Below are positions 12,604 through 26,289 of a stretch of 64,000 nt of DNA, piece after piece. Under the pieces are notes generated by a model. The model was given only the letters and a program-made list of their open reading frames with translations. It was not told where the DNA came from and did no database searches. The stretch's first letter is position 1, and the number at the start of each line of letters is the position of its first letter. Made by a program: the position numbers and the translations under genes. Origin of the DNA: Mobula hypostoma. Lineage: Eukaryota. The stretch spans positions 25,172,001-25,236,000 of the forward strand of contig NC_086119.1 of the NCBI RefSeq assembly GCF_963921235.1. Reading direction: 5' to 3'.

Positions 12604-13521
12604 TATTTTTTCTATTTAGCTAGCTTTCAAACTCTACATCAGCAAGGAACTAGCTTCTTTAAAGTGAGCAGGCAAGCAAAAGTGAAACCTATAAGAAAAA
12701 TCTGGTATAGAAATAATGACTTCCCAAAATATTTTTTTGCTTTCCATAATTTCATGGAATACAATTTCCCCGTGTACAAAAACACAAATATCTATCAGAC
12801 AATGAAGATTCTCTGCAGTCTTACCTCCAGAAAACTTAACAATAAATGTCCAGGACCGATGTTATCCTGAATGCTGACACAATCCTGAAGTAAACAAGAT
12901 TGAGTCTCAACATTTTATTTTGAAACAAAAAGCAATTCAGAAACCATAAGAAATACAAGTATCTTATATTCTTGCGGGAATTAAATGAGAGTAGATACAT
13001 AAACAAGAGAAAACAAATGCAAGATTTTAACTGAGTATAATGAAGTGAAATTGGAAATGACTAATTATAAGCCAATTAGGCTGAATGACCTGTTTGAGTA
13101 ATTTAAATGAAGTGCATATAGTTCTTTAAGAAATATGTTTCTATTTTCAATGTAATTTTTAAAGTTCTAAATCATCATTATAATATGATCAGATCCTGCA
13201 GGCTGCAATGTTCATATAAAGTTACCCAACTACATTCATATGAGTTTCAGAAGAAAATACTTCTCAAGAGTAGAATAACCTGAACTCAAAAGACAAAGTT
13301 TATATAAATAAAATTTACGTTGTACATCATAAAAAGGCAGTGTTACTAACACTTTATCCATTACAGTTCAATTTACACTGAATGAAAACTTCTAAAAAGA
13401 CAAGAGCAATTTCAAGAGCAATTAAAGTGGTCCAAGCAGTGATTGGATATAGCTCAGTGGCTGTGTGTAAACAAAGTAAATCACTTTGAGATGGTTTGGA
13501 GTCATCTATTTGAGCAGCCTT

Positions 13522-13565
13522 TCATCCCTTCATCCTCTTGCTGGTTAAGCAATGTAAGAGAATCC
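13522..13565 (-). CDS. MRM1: MRM1 last coding exon (GILLHCLTSKRMKG*)
   Basis: Acceptor ttttacctcctacAG; continues the SLNVSVAAGILLH motif; TGA at 13524-13522. Candidate AATAAA at 12919-12914. Confidence 0.92.
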
Positions 13566-14700
13566 CTGTAGGAGGTAAAATTAGGAATCAAATCACATCA
13601 AGCAAATGAAACTTGAATACAAGCTCTAACCTTCCCTGTTAAACCCACTGAGATTAAACATAATGTCTTCTTTGCTAATGTGGTTGAAGCTTTATCTCAA
13701 ACTACAGATCACAAACTGACTTAGTCCTCCGACTTGTTGTTCCAAAGAACCCAGACGTTGTGCTCTTCCTTTAACATTCATGGGAACCATGCAACTATGA
13801 ATGGATTATTTGCACCTTTTCTTTCTACCTTCCCCCCAAAAAAATAGCAAAGATAGCAGTCTTCTATGTGATACCCTACCATGATATGCTATTTCAACCC
13901 AAATGTTCAGATCACCATCAGCTCAACCTCTATGGTTACACAAAACCTAAATTGTGGAAGAAAAAGATCTGATCTGGAGTAACTTCCATTTAAATGCTGT
14001 CTTAAACTGGATGTTGGGAGCTGTTCCAATAACAAAACTAATAGAACGACAAAGGGCAACTGGTCACATTAACTTGTTCCAGACAGGTTTTGGTTAAAAT
14101 CATACAGCTCAGAACTAATACTCTGTCCACATAAAGAGCAAGGCATTTTTGATCTCCATGATCATGAATATTTTCATTATGGAAACCATGAATTATTAAG
14201 ACAAACAGAGCTGATCCCAAAAATTGGGTTACCCAAATAATCTAGACACGTGATTACACCAAAATGATCCATATTTTTCAAATATAAAACATATATCATA
14301 GTTTTTATTCCTGAATATGCTGATACCATTTTTAAAAGCAAAACTTCTAAATTACAAAATATTTAATTCCATTATACTGCAAAAAATGCAGTTCACAAAA
14401 TTCTAAATAACTGATCACTTGTCAATAAATAGTAGGAATTAATGTGGAACCACTAAATAAGGTGCCCATCAGCAAAGAGTGAATTTTGAATTAAACTACA
14501 ACATGCACTTTTCACAGCATTAGACAATGCTTAGAATCCTTTGAAAATTATTCCATGTAAAGTTTATGCCCAATGGCTGACTATTAATTCTTTAGAATGC
14601 TTCATCTTCAACATGCACAGTTGCTGTTTTTCACCAAGATGAAAAAATAATTACACTGAAAGCAACTAAATTGGCATGGAATTATTTCAGTAACAGTTAC

Positions 14701-14820
14701 CTGCAGCAACAGACACATTCAAAGATTCAATCCCAGGCTGCAAGTCTCTACCTGCTGGTATTGTCAGCATTGTGTGGCAAAGGCTGCTTACTGCATCAGA
14801 AAGGCCCAAACCTTCATTTC
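14701..14820 (-). CDS. MRM1: MRM1 coding exon 4 (GNEGLGLS...IESLNVSVAAG)
   Basis: 120 nt; contains SPOUT motifs GNEGxG and SLNVSVA; AG/GT bounded. Confidence 0.96.
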
Positions 14821-15314
14821 CTGGAAACAAGGAACAGAAAAACAAAGTTGATAATATGTGAGATGAATTGCTCCAATCCACTACTGAAACTGAAGGCAAG
14901 GATAGCATGAAAATAAACAGTGAATTCTAAACATACTGCAGAGAGAACTCAAGTCTGAACAAACACACAGAGCTAGTAACAAAACAAAAATCCTTACACC
15001 TGATATACATTCTTTTTGAACTGTAAATACAAATATCAATGCCAAAGTTCACAGAGGATCCTCTGAGGAGCTCTTGCACTTTGACAGTCATTCTGTGGAC
15101 GATATGATGTGCAAGGATCTGTATGCCCAAGTAGAATCTAATTCCGTAACTTTTATGTCACTCTTCAGTTTATGTTGCGACACTGACACAAAAATTCCAT
15201 GTGACTAGTTTAGTACTTAGAAGCAAAAGTGCCACAGCCAGCTGCAGAATAAAACTTTTTCATCAGATTAAACATCCGCATTTTTTTTTTGAATTAGTGA
15301 AAAATTGTAAAATT

Positions 15315-15715
15315 AGTCAGCTCCATCATGGGCACTAGCCTCCATAGCATCCAGGACATCTTCAAGAAGCAATGTCTCATAGAGGCGGCATCCATCATTA
15401 AGGACCCCCATCACTGGGACATGCCCTCTTCTCATTGTTACCGTCAGGAAGGAGGTACAGGAGCATGAAGGCACACACTCAGCCATTGAAGGACAGCTTC
15501 TTCCCTTCTGCCACCGGATTTCTGAATGGACATTGAACCCATGACCACCACCTCACTACTTTTTTTTAATTTCCAATTTTTGCACTACTTATTTAACTAT
15601 ATATATTTACCATAATTCAGAATTTTTTCTATTATTATGTAGTGCATTGTGCTGCGTCGACAAAGTTAACAAATTTCATGACATTTACCCGTGATATTAA
15701 ACCTGATTCTGATTA
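15315..15715 (+). mobile_element. Rex1/Babar-type LINE 3' fragment (MRM1 intron)
   Basis: ASIIKDPHH..HALFSLLPSGRRYRS-type coding end; tail attaaacctgattctgatt. Confidence 0.8.
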
Positions 15716-15739
15716 TACAGTTCTCAAAGTAACATCCTT

Positions 15740-16045
15740 ACGACATCTCAAACCACTTCTGTCAGAATTTTACTATCAATGTGCAATTAATGCTGTATTA
15801 TAGACAAGTTCAGCTAAATTGCATGCAAAGCCCTATAAAAATAGATTAGCATATAACCTATTTTATTAATATTAATTCAGGAATAAATATTGAGTTTGAA
15901 TTTAGATAACTCCCCTTATTTTCTCTAGATAGCATGTGGGAAGCTGTCCCAACAGCAAGGCAGGCAAGCTCTCGGTTTAATGCCTTTCTGAAAGACAACA
16001 CCAATCATTTAGCACTTTTTTGGTGTTGAACTGATGTATCAGCTG
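15740..16045 (-). mobile_element. Old Deu-domain SINE remnant
   Basis: Reverse strand resembles the 42845-43020 copy (ttaaaccgag..., ggggagttatct..., aatatttatt). Confidence 0.45.
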
Positions 16046-16373
16046 TGCTTCAGTTACTTGGACAGGGAAAAATGGTTTTTTCACACCTGGTGTTATAACA
16101 CTGTAAAACACAATTAAAAATTTAGTATAATTAAAACTTAATTTTGTATTTTTAAACAGTATCATTGCTGAAGTGCCATTGATTATGACATGAACAAAGA
16201 ATTTGTTTTACATTTTTTTTTAAATGAAACCTTCACTCCTAAGTAAATCTCTGCATATTGGGAGCATTATTACAGCAGTTTAATGCAGAGTTTAACAACC
16301 CAATACTTTGTCAACTTTTAATTTAAAAGGTCCAATACTCTGCCCGACAGTTACAAACAGCATCTAACACTAC

Positions 16374-16494
16374 CTAGAATAAGAATGGTCCGTTTACTCC
16401 ACTGGAACTCAGTACAAGGGATGACTGGTACACAGGTGCCTTCTGTAGAATTTCCAATAGTTCCTATTATTTTCCACCCTTCAGCTGCTTTTGC
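16374..16494 (-). CDS. MRM1: MRM1 coding exon 3 (AKAAEGWKIIGTIGNSTEGTCVPVIPCTEFQWSKRTILIL)
   Basis: 121 nt, read by hand (not in the ORF track); acacAG acceptor, GTAG donor; follows a 97-nt intron. Confidence 0.93.
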
Positions 16495-16591
16495 CTGTGT
16501 TGAAGTTAAAGACAAATCGAATTAAGCAACATTACAAAATTAGCCGGAAAAACTCCTGGAAAAGATACTTCTACACCTGGATCTTCATTAC

Positions 16592-16685
16592 CTTGAGCAC
16601 CTGAGGCAAGCTGTGTGTGCAATAAAGTGTCATAACTTCTACAACTCCAGCACTAGCTTTGCTCACAGTTGGTGTTAGAGGGCAA
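16592..16685 (-). CDS. MRM1: MRM1 coding exon 2 (SCPLTPTVSKASAGVVEVMTLYCTHSLPQVLK)
   Basis: 94 nt, AG/GT bounded, phase-compatible with neighbours; typical MRM1 CPLTPxVSKxSAG motif. Confidence 0.95.
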
Positions 16686-17878
16686 CTGGAAGACAATGCA
16701 ATGCAAATATTAATGAACAGAAATCCTCCATGTCTCCAAGCATAAAAGCCGACCATAAACACAAATAAATTTATACAGCACTTTGTGATATTTAATTTAT
16801 ATCTAAAAATAATTTTATGATCTCCTTTTTAAAAATTGGCTTACCTTCTCGAGTTCAGCATTCTGACTGCTATCATACCCTACTACAGGAATGGAGCAGG
16901 TTTAGAAGCAACTTGATTAGTTTTGTTATTTTCTGTACTGGAAGCTATAGCTGCAGGCTTAACATAAAAGAAGCACTACCTTCTGAATCTGAACCCAAAA
17001 AAAACACTTTGCCGGTATTTGTGCACAGGAAATTTGCACAGACATTACTGAGGCAAATGATTAGTTAATGTTTTAGTGCTGTACCCTATAAGATCATAAT
17101 GATAATCACGATACAGAGACCATTGAAAAGTGGCAAGGATATTTTCATATTAGCCTGACCTCAGTTTATATAGCCCCAGTGATAACACATGGAAGGGCCT
17201 GTTGTTAAGTGTTTGAACCCTATTTTTCAGATTCAGATGCAAGTATTTACTGAGTTTTTATTTACCTAATTATTCGATAAATTTAAGAATATCAGAGTTA
17301 CTGATCCAGTTCTTAAAGCATACATTTTATATATTCCATATTTAGAAGCACAAGTCATGCTGAGACCAATTCTAGTTACTTTACAAAATGAATCACAACT
17401 GAACAACTGTCATAAATGTTAATCATCCTCTGTATAAAATGGCTCACTAAAAATGTTATTTTAATGACAGATCTTCTGTCAATCAGTAAAGTCAAGGAAG
17501 GATTTGTATAAGCTGTATATATATCATGGAGATTGATACCATATCAAATATTTCGCAAAGACTTCAGAGACCTGAAATCATTGTTGTTTTCAGTAAACAT
17601 CCCCATTTTCTATCCTTGTCAATTATAAAAACAAGTTTTACATGCAAAACGGTACCAACTATGAGTGAGAAAACTAATTCAAAACAAAAATGAAGTGAAC
17701 TTACGTGCAAGTTCTTATTGACAAAGAACATTTATGTCTTAATTGCAGCAAAGAATTCCTATAGTGGGGCTGTACTTATTTATTAAACCTTGCCAATATC
17801 CTTAAATATCATTGGACTAACTGATTCAAATGTGGGGAGAAAGAGAATGCCTTTCACTTTCATTAAACAGAGTTGCAG

Positions 17879-17891
17879 TGCCACCTGCTGG
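17879..17891 (-). promoter_or_regulatory. CTCF core motif CCAGCAGGTGGCA (MRM1 intron)
   Basis: Exact match to the CCASYAGRKGGCR consensus in unique AT-rich DNA. Confidence 0.6.
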
Positions 17892-18422
17892 GTGATATTG
17901 GTGACTCACACATAGTATTTAAATAACCTAATTTAACACGCTTTGCCTGTTAAATGACAAAATATGATTTATGATAAAAATTCTGCAAACAATTCCAAAA
18001 TTGTCACTATACTCTGAAATGGCCAAACATAAGATTAAATAACACACATATTTAATTTGCTTAAAACAAGGAAGTTAATTGCAGGAGCTACAAAAAAAAT
18101 TTGCTGGAACAATTAAATGTATAAAGTGAAATAAAGTGGTCATTTACACAGGTGAACTTTCATAAACACTATCCTTTACCAGAAAAAAAATGTTCAAGAC
18201 ATGAATTTTTTAAATATCTGAAGGTCAACAAAGTGCTTCATGTCTTCAAAATTTTTATTTTGATAAAAGATATTTATAAAAGTTCACTCAGATAAAGAAC
18301 TTTATTCTACTTTATACATTTAATTAGAAATTAATTTTAGAAAAATATTCTGAATAATCATACAAGCTACAAGTCCATAAATTAAACAAATTCCTTTAAG
18401 ATACAATGGCTTTAATAGTTAC

Positions 18423-19321
18423 CTGTTAGGCTGACTTACTAGAACAAGATCTGCTCCGAGGAAATACGCTGAACGAAGCAGAGCTCCCATATTCATGGGA
18501 TCCTGGATTCCTTCCAGTGCCAGCCACAACACTGGTTTGTTGCTGCCTTCAAGTTCAGAAACATCAATAGCTGCTGAATAGCATTGATCATAGTTCACAT
18601 AATCTAGTGGTGTCACCTCAAGACAAATGCCTTGGTGAACTCGACCCTCACACAACCTGTCAAGCTCCTTTCTCGTCACCTGATGTACTGGCACCCTAGT
18701 CTCTCTGGCTCGCTGATAGATTCCCTGTATTTCAGTTCTGTGTGTTCGATTCTCCTTAACAAACAGCCTGAAAATCTTTCTGCGTAATTGGGAAAGGGCT
18801 AGGCTGCACGACGCCATGCCAAATAGTATTTCCGAGCCTGCCTCCCTTACCAAAGGCCGGGAGGTCCTTAGCAACTTTTTTTTTATAAAATCATCGTCTC
18901 TAAGGTTCTGAAATTCTGATTTATGGATTTGACAAGGTTTTGAATTTGACCATTTGGAAGTGTTTTGAAACCGCTGAGTCAAATTGGCATGATTTTGTCT
19001 TCCTGAAGTTCTAGTGGAAAGATTGATTCCTGGCCTCTTTACCATTCCATCTGCAGCAGGCTTTTCGAAGCTCTCCGGGAACTCAGTTAATCTCTCTGCA
19101 TTACCTTTAACATCCAGTTCTGACTTATTGAAGTCAGGTTTGTGGCTCTTATTTGACTTTGATGCCTTCTCAGATTTAACCGTGGAGTAGAGTTTGACTG
19201 ATGCTCTGTCAGGGGACATTTTCCTTTTGTAGCTGCAATGACGAACCAACAGTAACCTTGAAAACTGCCGCAGACTCCTCCTCAGACACCTGGCAGCTTC
19301 GTTCAACATAACAGATGACAT
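18423..19321 (-). CDS. MRM1: MRM1 (mitochondrial rRNA methyltransferase 1, SpoU/TrmH family), first coding exon
   Basis: Acceptor ..tttgacAG at 19347-19346; ATG at 19321; encodes GSEILFGM..., HQGICLEV and the SPOUT motif LEGIQDPMNMGALLRSAYFLG; donor GTAA at 18422. The five exons join in frame to 1278 nt (425 aa plus stop). Confidence 0.95.
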
Positions 19322-20219
19322 TTTTGTCCGTTTTAAAAACTCCACCTGTCAAAAGCAAATTGTTTCTGTCAAGCTACTATTTACAATTGCTCACTGCTGA
19401 AGTAATAGTGACAGCCCTGTAAGTAAATGCATCACTAACTGTAGAACTAGACCATATCAACTAAAGGGCCCAACTTTGATTTCTGTTACATGCAAAGGCA
19501 ACTCATCTAAGCCAGTAGATAAGATACCAGCACAGTGTACCCAAGTCAAGCAGGGTGATTTATTGAGTTACCATACCTAATCACTATTCAGTGAACTCTA
19601 TTGTACACAAGGCTAATGTTAGACAAGGACAGAATTTCACTTGGATGTTGGACAAACGGTATAATAGGTATGCTGGAAACGACACTAAATTCCAGAAATT
19701 GAACTTAACCAGCCATATCCACAATTTGGCTGCAAGATCAGGTTAAAGGCTAGAAATCCTGCAGCAGGTAATCACCAAAGCCAGGATCAAGTCCCAAGTG
19801 CAACTGAATAACTTCGGCTTGCCTGGATGAGAGCAGGTCCAGGGAACACATTTTCACATCATACAAGACATAGCACCCACAGGTGGCACCCCATCCAAAT
19901 TCATTCACCCACTCTACCAACAATGCACCTTTCACAGGATGCACTGCAAGACTGCTTAGCCGGCACCTTCCAAATGCACCCTCTACCAGCAAGAAGACAG
20001 CAGAAAAGGCATTGGAAGTTGTCCTCCAAGCCACACGCCATCCTGATGTTACACATCACCATCTTTCTCACCGGCTGAAAATCCTGAAATTCTCTCTGTA
20101 AAACACCATTGTAGGTATGGTCGCATCTCAAGGACAGCAGCTGTTCACCTCCTCACAGGCAATTAGGGGTGGGTTTTTAAATGATGACCCGGCCTGCAAT
20201 GCCCACATCCCTTTAATTC

Positions 20220-20745
20220 ATAGTAGTGGATATGGCCCGGTCCATCATGGGTAAAGCCCTCCTACCCACTGAGCACATCTACATGAAGCACTGTCACAGG
20301 AAAGCAGCATCCATCATTAGGGACCCCTACCACCCAGGACATGCCCCCTTCTCTCTGCTGCCATCAGGAAGAAGGTACAAGAGCCTCAGGACTCACACCA
20401 CTAGGTTCAAGAACAGTTAACACCCCTCAACCATCAGGCTCCTGGACCAAATGGGATAACTTCACTTGCCCCATCATTGAAATGTTCCACAACCAATGGA
20501 CTCGCTTTCAAGGACTCCTCATCTCATGTTCTCGATATTTATTATTTATTCATCATATTGTTTCTTCTTTTTGCATTTGCACAGTTTATTGTCTTCTGCA
20601 CTCTGGTTGAACGCCCTAGTTGGGTGGTCTTTCACTGATTTGGTTATAGTTACTATTCTATAGATTTCTTGAGTATGCCCACAAGAAAATAAATCTCAGA
20701 GTTGTATACGGTGACTTTGATAATAAAATTTACTTTGAACTTTGA
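20220..20745 (+). mobile_element. Rex1/Babar-type LINE 3' fragment
   Basis: ORF 20226-20420 (KAASIIRDPYHPGHAPFSLLPSGRRYKSLRTHTTRFKNS); tail aataaaatttactttgaactttgaa. Confidence 0.85.
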
Positions 20746-20829
20746 ATAAAGGAGTACAATAACGTATATGTACAACTAAATAACATGTACCATAAAACAT
20801 TTCCAAGGGATATTATGTAGTTCAGAGAA

Positions 20830-22070
20830 CAGAGTTATACAGCACAGAAAAAGACCCTTCGACCCAGCTGGTCCATGACGACCAAAACACCCCATCAAAG
20901 CTTGACCCATTTGCCAGCATTTGGCTCATAATCCCCTAAACCTTTCCAATTAATGTATCTGTACAAGTGTTTTTTAAATTTGTTATTGTACCTACCTCAA
21001 CTCCTTCCTTTGGCAGCTCACTCCACCCTTGTGTAAACAAAAAGCTCGAAGTAATTTTTATTATCAGAGTACATGTCACTACACACAACTTTGAGACTTA
21101 TTCCTGTGGGCATAATCAGCAAATACGTAGAATTACAACTATAACAGGATCAATGAAAGATCAGGTCAAGTGCAGAAGACAACAAACTGAGCAAATGCAA
21201 ATATAAATAAATAACGAGAACATGTAATAACAAGATAGAGTCCTTAAGGTGAGATCATTGGTTATGGGAACATCTCAATGGATGGGCAAGTGAATGTACT
21301 TATCCCTATTTGTTCAACAGCCCGATAGTTGAGGGGTAGCAACTGTTCTTGAACCTGTTGTTGTGAGTCCTAAGGCTCTCGTGCCTTCTAGCTGATGGCA
21401 GCGGTGAGCAAAGAGCATGGCCTGGGTGGTGAGGATGCTGCTTTCCTACAACAGTGTTTCATGTAAATGTGCTCAACGGTTGGGAGGGTTTTACCCATGA
21501 TGTACTGGGCCAAATCTACTATCCTTTTTAGGACTTTCTGTTCAAAGGCACTGGTGTTTCTATACAGTCAATACACGCTCCACTACACATCTATAGAAGT
21601 TTGTCAAAGTTTTTGATGTCACGCTGAATCTCCACAGGCTCCTAAGGAAGTAAGAGTGCTGTCATGCTTTCTTCTGAATTGCACTTACATGCTGGGTCCA
21701 GGCTAGGTCCTTTGAAATAGTAACACCTAGGAATTTCCTCTCGTTTCTATTAAATCTTTCCCCTCTCACTTTAAAACTATACCCTCTAGGCTCAACCCTG
21801 GGAAAGACTTGTGATTTAGTGTACCTCCCTAAAAGTCACCTCTTCTCCAGGTCAATCCAAGTTCTCCCTATAACTCATCCCTCAAGTCCTGACAGCATCA
21901 TTTTCTGCACTTTTCCAGTTTAATAGCATCATTCCTAGAGTAAGGCAACCAAAATTCCAAGTGTGGCTTCACCAGCACCCTGTACAACAGCACTGTGACC
22001 TCCCAGCTTTTATACCCAATGCCCTGAATGATTAAGGCTAGCATGCACCACCGTGTCTATCTGTAACTTC
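20830..22070 (-). mobile_element. CR1 3' fragment interrupted by a Rex1-type fragment (about 21045-21735)
   Basis: Flanks resemble the reverse complement of the CR1 at 28-28.8 kb; the insert resembles 905-1290. Confidence 0.7.
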
Positions 22071-22224
22071 ACGTAGCATGTCATAGACTCAGAGTCATAG
22101 AGTACTACAAAACAGAAATATGCCCTTCAGCCTATCTAGTCCACACCGATCCGATCTTCTGCCTAGTCCCATCTGCCTGCATCTTGACCATATCCCTCCA
22201 ACCTCTCCAAACACATCTTTCCTT

Positions 22225-22880
22225 TCACTCCACTTTCTGCATTCTGCAGGGATCACTCCTGGCATTTATCCTTGCAAGCAGAACAAGTGCTACACTTGCC
22301 CCTACACCTCCTCCCTCACTACCATTCAGGGCCCCAAACGGTCCTTCCAAGTGAGGCGACACTTCACCTGTGAGTCTGTTGGGGTCATCTATTGTATCCG
22401 GTACTCCCGGTGTGGCCTCCTGCATATCGAGGTAGATTGGGACACCGCTTCACTGAGCACCTGCTCTCCATCTGCCAGAAAAAAACAGGATCTCCCAGTG
22501 GCCACCCATTCTAGTTCCATTTCCTATTCTGACATATCCACCCATGGCCTCCTCCACTGTCACGATGAGGGCACACTCAGGTTGGAGGAGCAACACCTTA
22601 TACTCTGTTTGGGTAGCCTCCAAACTGATGGCATGAACATCGATTTCTCGAACTTCCCAGTAATGCACCCCACTTTCTCTATTCCCCATCCCCTTTTCCC
22701 TCTCTTACCTTATCTCCTTGCCTGCCCTCTGGTGCTTCTCCCCTTCTCCTTTCTCCCCTTCTCCTTTCTCCCATGACCTCCTGTCCTCTTATTACATTCT
22801 CCCTTCTCCAGCCCTGTATCTCTTTCACCAATCAACTTCCTAACTCTTTAATTCACCACATCCCCCTCCCGAGTTTGACC
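22225..22880 (+). mobile_element. Penelope-like element, GIY-YIG endonuclease region
   Basis: PGIYPCKQNKCYTCPY...FQVRRHFTCESVGVIYCI...CGLLHI...PVATH...LRLEEQHLI..LGSLQTDGMN. Confidence 0.88.
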
Positions 22881-23218
22881 AACCGTGTTGGAAGACAGTT
22901 ATAAAGAACTTGGAAAGGGTAAATAGAACTGTGGCATTGTTGTGGTAAATAGATCTGTCCTGATGCACGGAAAGAAATGGAGAGGGATAAATTACCTATA
23001 TCTGGAACCTCAACAAGTGAAGAGACGCTGAGATTTGAATCGATTAATAGCAGAGAAGGAAGCAATACTCCTCTGGTAGAGGGGTTCGTGGTGTCGGCGG
23101 ACGGTGAAGCAAATCGGGGAATGTCAGCAGTCAAAAATGGGAAAAAAATGCTTCAACTTACAATGAAGATGTTTGTGGAGCCTCTGTGTTTACACGTCCG
23201 TATCCCCTAAACACTCAC

Positions 23219-23350
23219 TCCCTTCTGCCGAAACTCCACCGAGCACTGCAGCCATAATCAGGGATTACAAGGCCCGGCCCAACCACATGGACCTGGCAGG
23301 CCCCAGCTACCTAACCATGCCGAACCCGCCCCAGCCGGAAGGGGAAGTCC
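23219..23350 (-). promoter_or_regulatory. MRM1: Probable MRM1 promoter and 5' non-coding exon
   Basis: Local CpG/GC enrichment; GC box (23325-23332); ETS-like CCGGAAG (23335-23341); GTGAGT donor at 23218-23213. The first coding exon starts with an acceptor, so an upstream exon is expected. TSS not determinable. Confidence 0.65.
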
Positions 23351-25654
23351 CTTCGCAAGCCTCCGCCTTCAGTTTGTGGGTGGCTCAGCTCTTGAACCTT
23401 TATTTAATCGGTTTAAATTAACAGTTCACGATAAACGGTAAAGGCCAGGTTTGGAGTCTGTGGATATTGAAGTGAGATTTAGTAATTTAAATCCAGAATT
23501 TGTCTCCTTTATTCAAAAGTCCCTAAACGCAGTTTCAGATTTTATGCTGTCCTTTGGAGATATTGTTGGTGTTTAGTGAGTTGGAATCAATGTGATGGGA
23601 GAAATCAAGGCTTTCTTCGTTTTATTCCCCCCGCCAGCATACTTATTATCCATTAGATTCCAGATATCATTTGCTATCTGGTTTCGTAGTAGATGGAAGA
23701 GTGAACCCTTTAGGTAGCCCTCCAACAGTTTTAAACAGTTGTGATTGGAAGCGTTGGTTTCTTTAGCTGCAAGAAGTAATTACTAAAACCAATTATCCCT
23801 TCTGGGGCATAGGCCGTCAACAGCAGCTCGCCAGTGTCGTCTGTCCCGGGCCAGTCATTCAAGTTGCCATACGAAGATCCTTCCTCTCTCAGGGGTATCG
23901 TCGCAGCTTCTGTGCCTCTATGTTTTTAAGGATGGGGCTGCTAACCCCATGCCCAGTTCTCCTCATTTCACGGCAGTTAAGAGGTGCCCAGCCTCATTTA
24001 AGTAGGATTTTGAAACAAACTGGCAGCATCCATCCATTATTGAATTCTGGGAAAGCAAGGCAATTTGCGATGTGTATTGATCGGGTACGCTATCGCCTAT
24101 AAGCTCCACCCCGTTTCTTGTAAATGAATGAACTACTGTAAGTGATAGCTTACGAACTGTTGTACTCAGGCTTGCCTGTAAGTATACATTGTTAATGGAT
24201 CATGCCTGACCTTCGCTTACGTCAAGGGTTAGGACATCAGCAACTGGGAACATTCCTGTTGACTGTATTATAAAATCCTGCCAATGCTCATTAGCATTCA
24301 TTTGAACTGATGATACAAGAGTTCCATCAAATCAAACCTGTCCCCTACCCAGCAGAACCCAACGTCTTTTTTAATGCCACAGACACCTACCATTAACCAA
24401 GGGGTCTACGGACTCCTGATCCAACAGCCTTATGCTGCTTAGCTATATGCTAAGGACTGGTGAAGAAATTATTTTTTTCTAGAATGGTACAGCACATTAC
24501 AGGCCCTTCAGCCCACAATGTTGTGCTGACCCTCAAACTCTGCCTCCCATATAACTCCCCCACCTTAAATTTGCCTGGTTAGCTTGAACTAAAGGAAAAC
24601 CTTCAGCCCCATATTGCAAGCATACATGGTAGAAATGCTCTTCAAAATAGGTTTTTGGTTAGGAAATCAGGAATGATTCAAACACATTGAAAACACCAGT
24701 TGTGCAGTCCAAATTATCGGGATGTTTTTTCAGTCTAGTCAGGCAAGGTTGCCCACTTTGATTTGAGATGCACAGAATCTTTTAGGGAGTCCTATCGGGA
24801 AGGCCATAAACTAGGCAGTGGGAGCAATCAGATCAAAGTCTCCCCTGGTACTACTTTCAACTCAAATCCATGGCTAGAATGGCTGATTGCAACTGTTTCA
24901 ACAATCTGAGCTGGCCTCAGAAAGTGCTAAGGAGTCTTGCTGAATTGCTGCAGTGCATCAATCACGTAAGTGGTGGGAACTGCTAGTACAGTGCATCAAT
25001 GCTGGAGTGAGTGAATGGAGTATCTAAAGTGCTGTCACAATGAACTTGCTGAGGGTTGAACCTGCATTCACCCAGAGTATTCCCCTCACTCTTGCCTTGA
25101 ACCTTGTCAATGTTGGACAATTTTTGGGTTTATACTGTGTCCTGCTCCAGTTACTGATAGGGAGGTTCCATGAGGGTAATAGCTTTGAATGTCAGGATGG
25201 ATAGCTGAATATTGACTGTGCTTGCGGTTCTTTCAAGTATTTTGTTGTACTTATACCTCACCATACTTGCACACATGACAATGTTACACAATATGTGGCA
25301 TGAACGCTATGTATTGAGATACAATGAGGTATCTACCTCTGGATTATCAACAAATAGGTATAGGCTCTTGCTGTAACTCAATTAAGCAGTTATTCCACAC
25401 AGCAAGGTCCCTTTCCTCCAAGGACAAGTCATATTCAAACCACAAAAGGGCCATGTGTTTGAGACACAGGAATTTTGGACATAAATTACACATTTGCATT
25501 TTAATCAGCATCAGTTATTGATACTCGCTTAGATCTCTGTACCAAAATGTAGTATGCCTTGAATGTTCCAAAGCACAGATTTAAAATTTCAAGTTGCCAT
25601 TCCGAACCAATCCATTTGGCACATGTTCCCTGCACCAGTCTGAACCAATCCACT

Positions 25655-25945
25655 TAGCACCTCCTCCTTCCATGATCTTCTGTCCTATCCCAAGATTCCC
25701 CCATCTCCAGTCCTTTACTTCACACCCTCCCAGTTTCACCTAAACACATACCACCTTGCACTTCTTCCACTCCTCCCCCCACCTTCTTATTCTGACTTCT
25801 CCCCTTCCTTTCCCAGTCCTGATGAAGGGTCTCGGCCCACATCATCAACTAGTTACACTTTTCCCAGAAATGCTGCTTGGCCTGCTGAGCACCTCCAAGT
25901 TTTGTGTGTGTTGCTTTGTATTTCCAGTTTCGGCTGATTTTCTGT
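25655..25945 (+). mobile_element. Penelope-like terminal repeat fragment
   Basis: cagtcCTGATGAagggtctcggccc with the GAAA box mutated, followed by the family 3' end. Confidence 0.8.
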
Positions 25946-26289
25946 CTGTGACAATGGTCTTGTTAGCAAATGCTGAAAGCCCCAACTGCAGTAAGCAAAA
26001 TTAAAGAGGCCAGATAGAACATAACAGTTGGAGGAGACAATAGCATTGATACCACCTCCTGCAAACATGTATCAAAAATAGTAGAAGTAATACAGAAGAT
26101 GCAAGGTTAAAAGCTCAACTCAGGTTCAAACACATCCATACAGAAGCCAAGAATTGTGAAGCCAATAGTTCAAATAAATTTACTCCCATTCATGCACTAG
26201 CATGAAGTCTTCAAGGGTCAGTCATTCTGTTACAAACTGAAGACAAAAACAATGTAGATAACTGAAAATAATTCTTTCTCTTTAAATTT

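Noticed and set aside
19322-19345. GTG start of the 308-aa ORF as the MRM1 start
   Set aside because: The GTG is the first bases after a splice acceptor; the first in-frame ATG is at 19321 and the ORF's stop lies in the intron.
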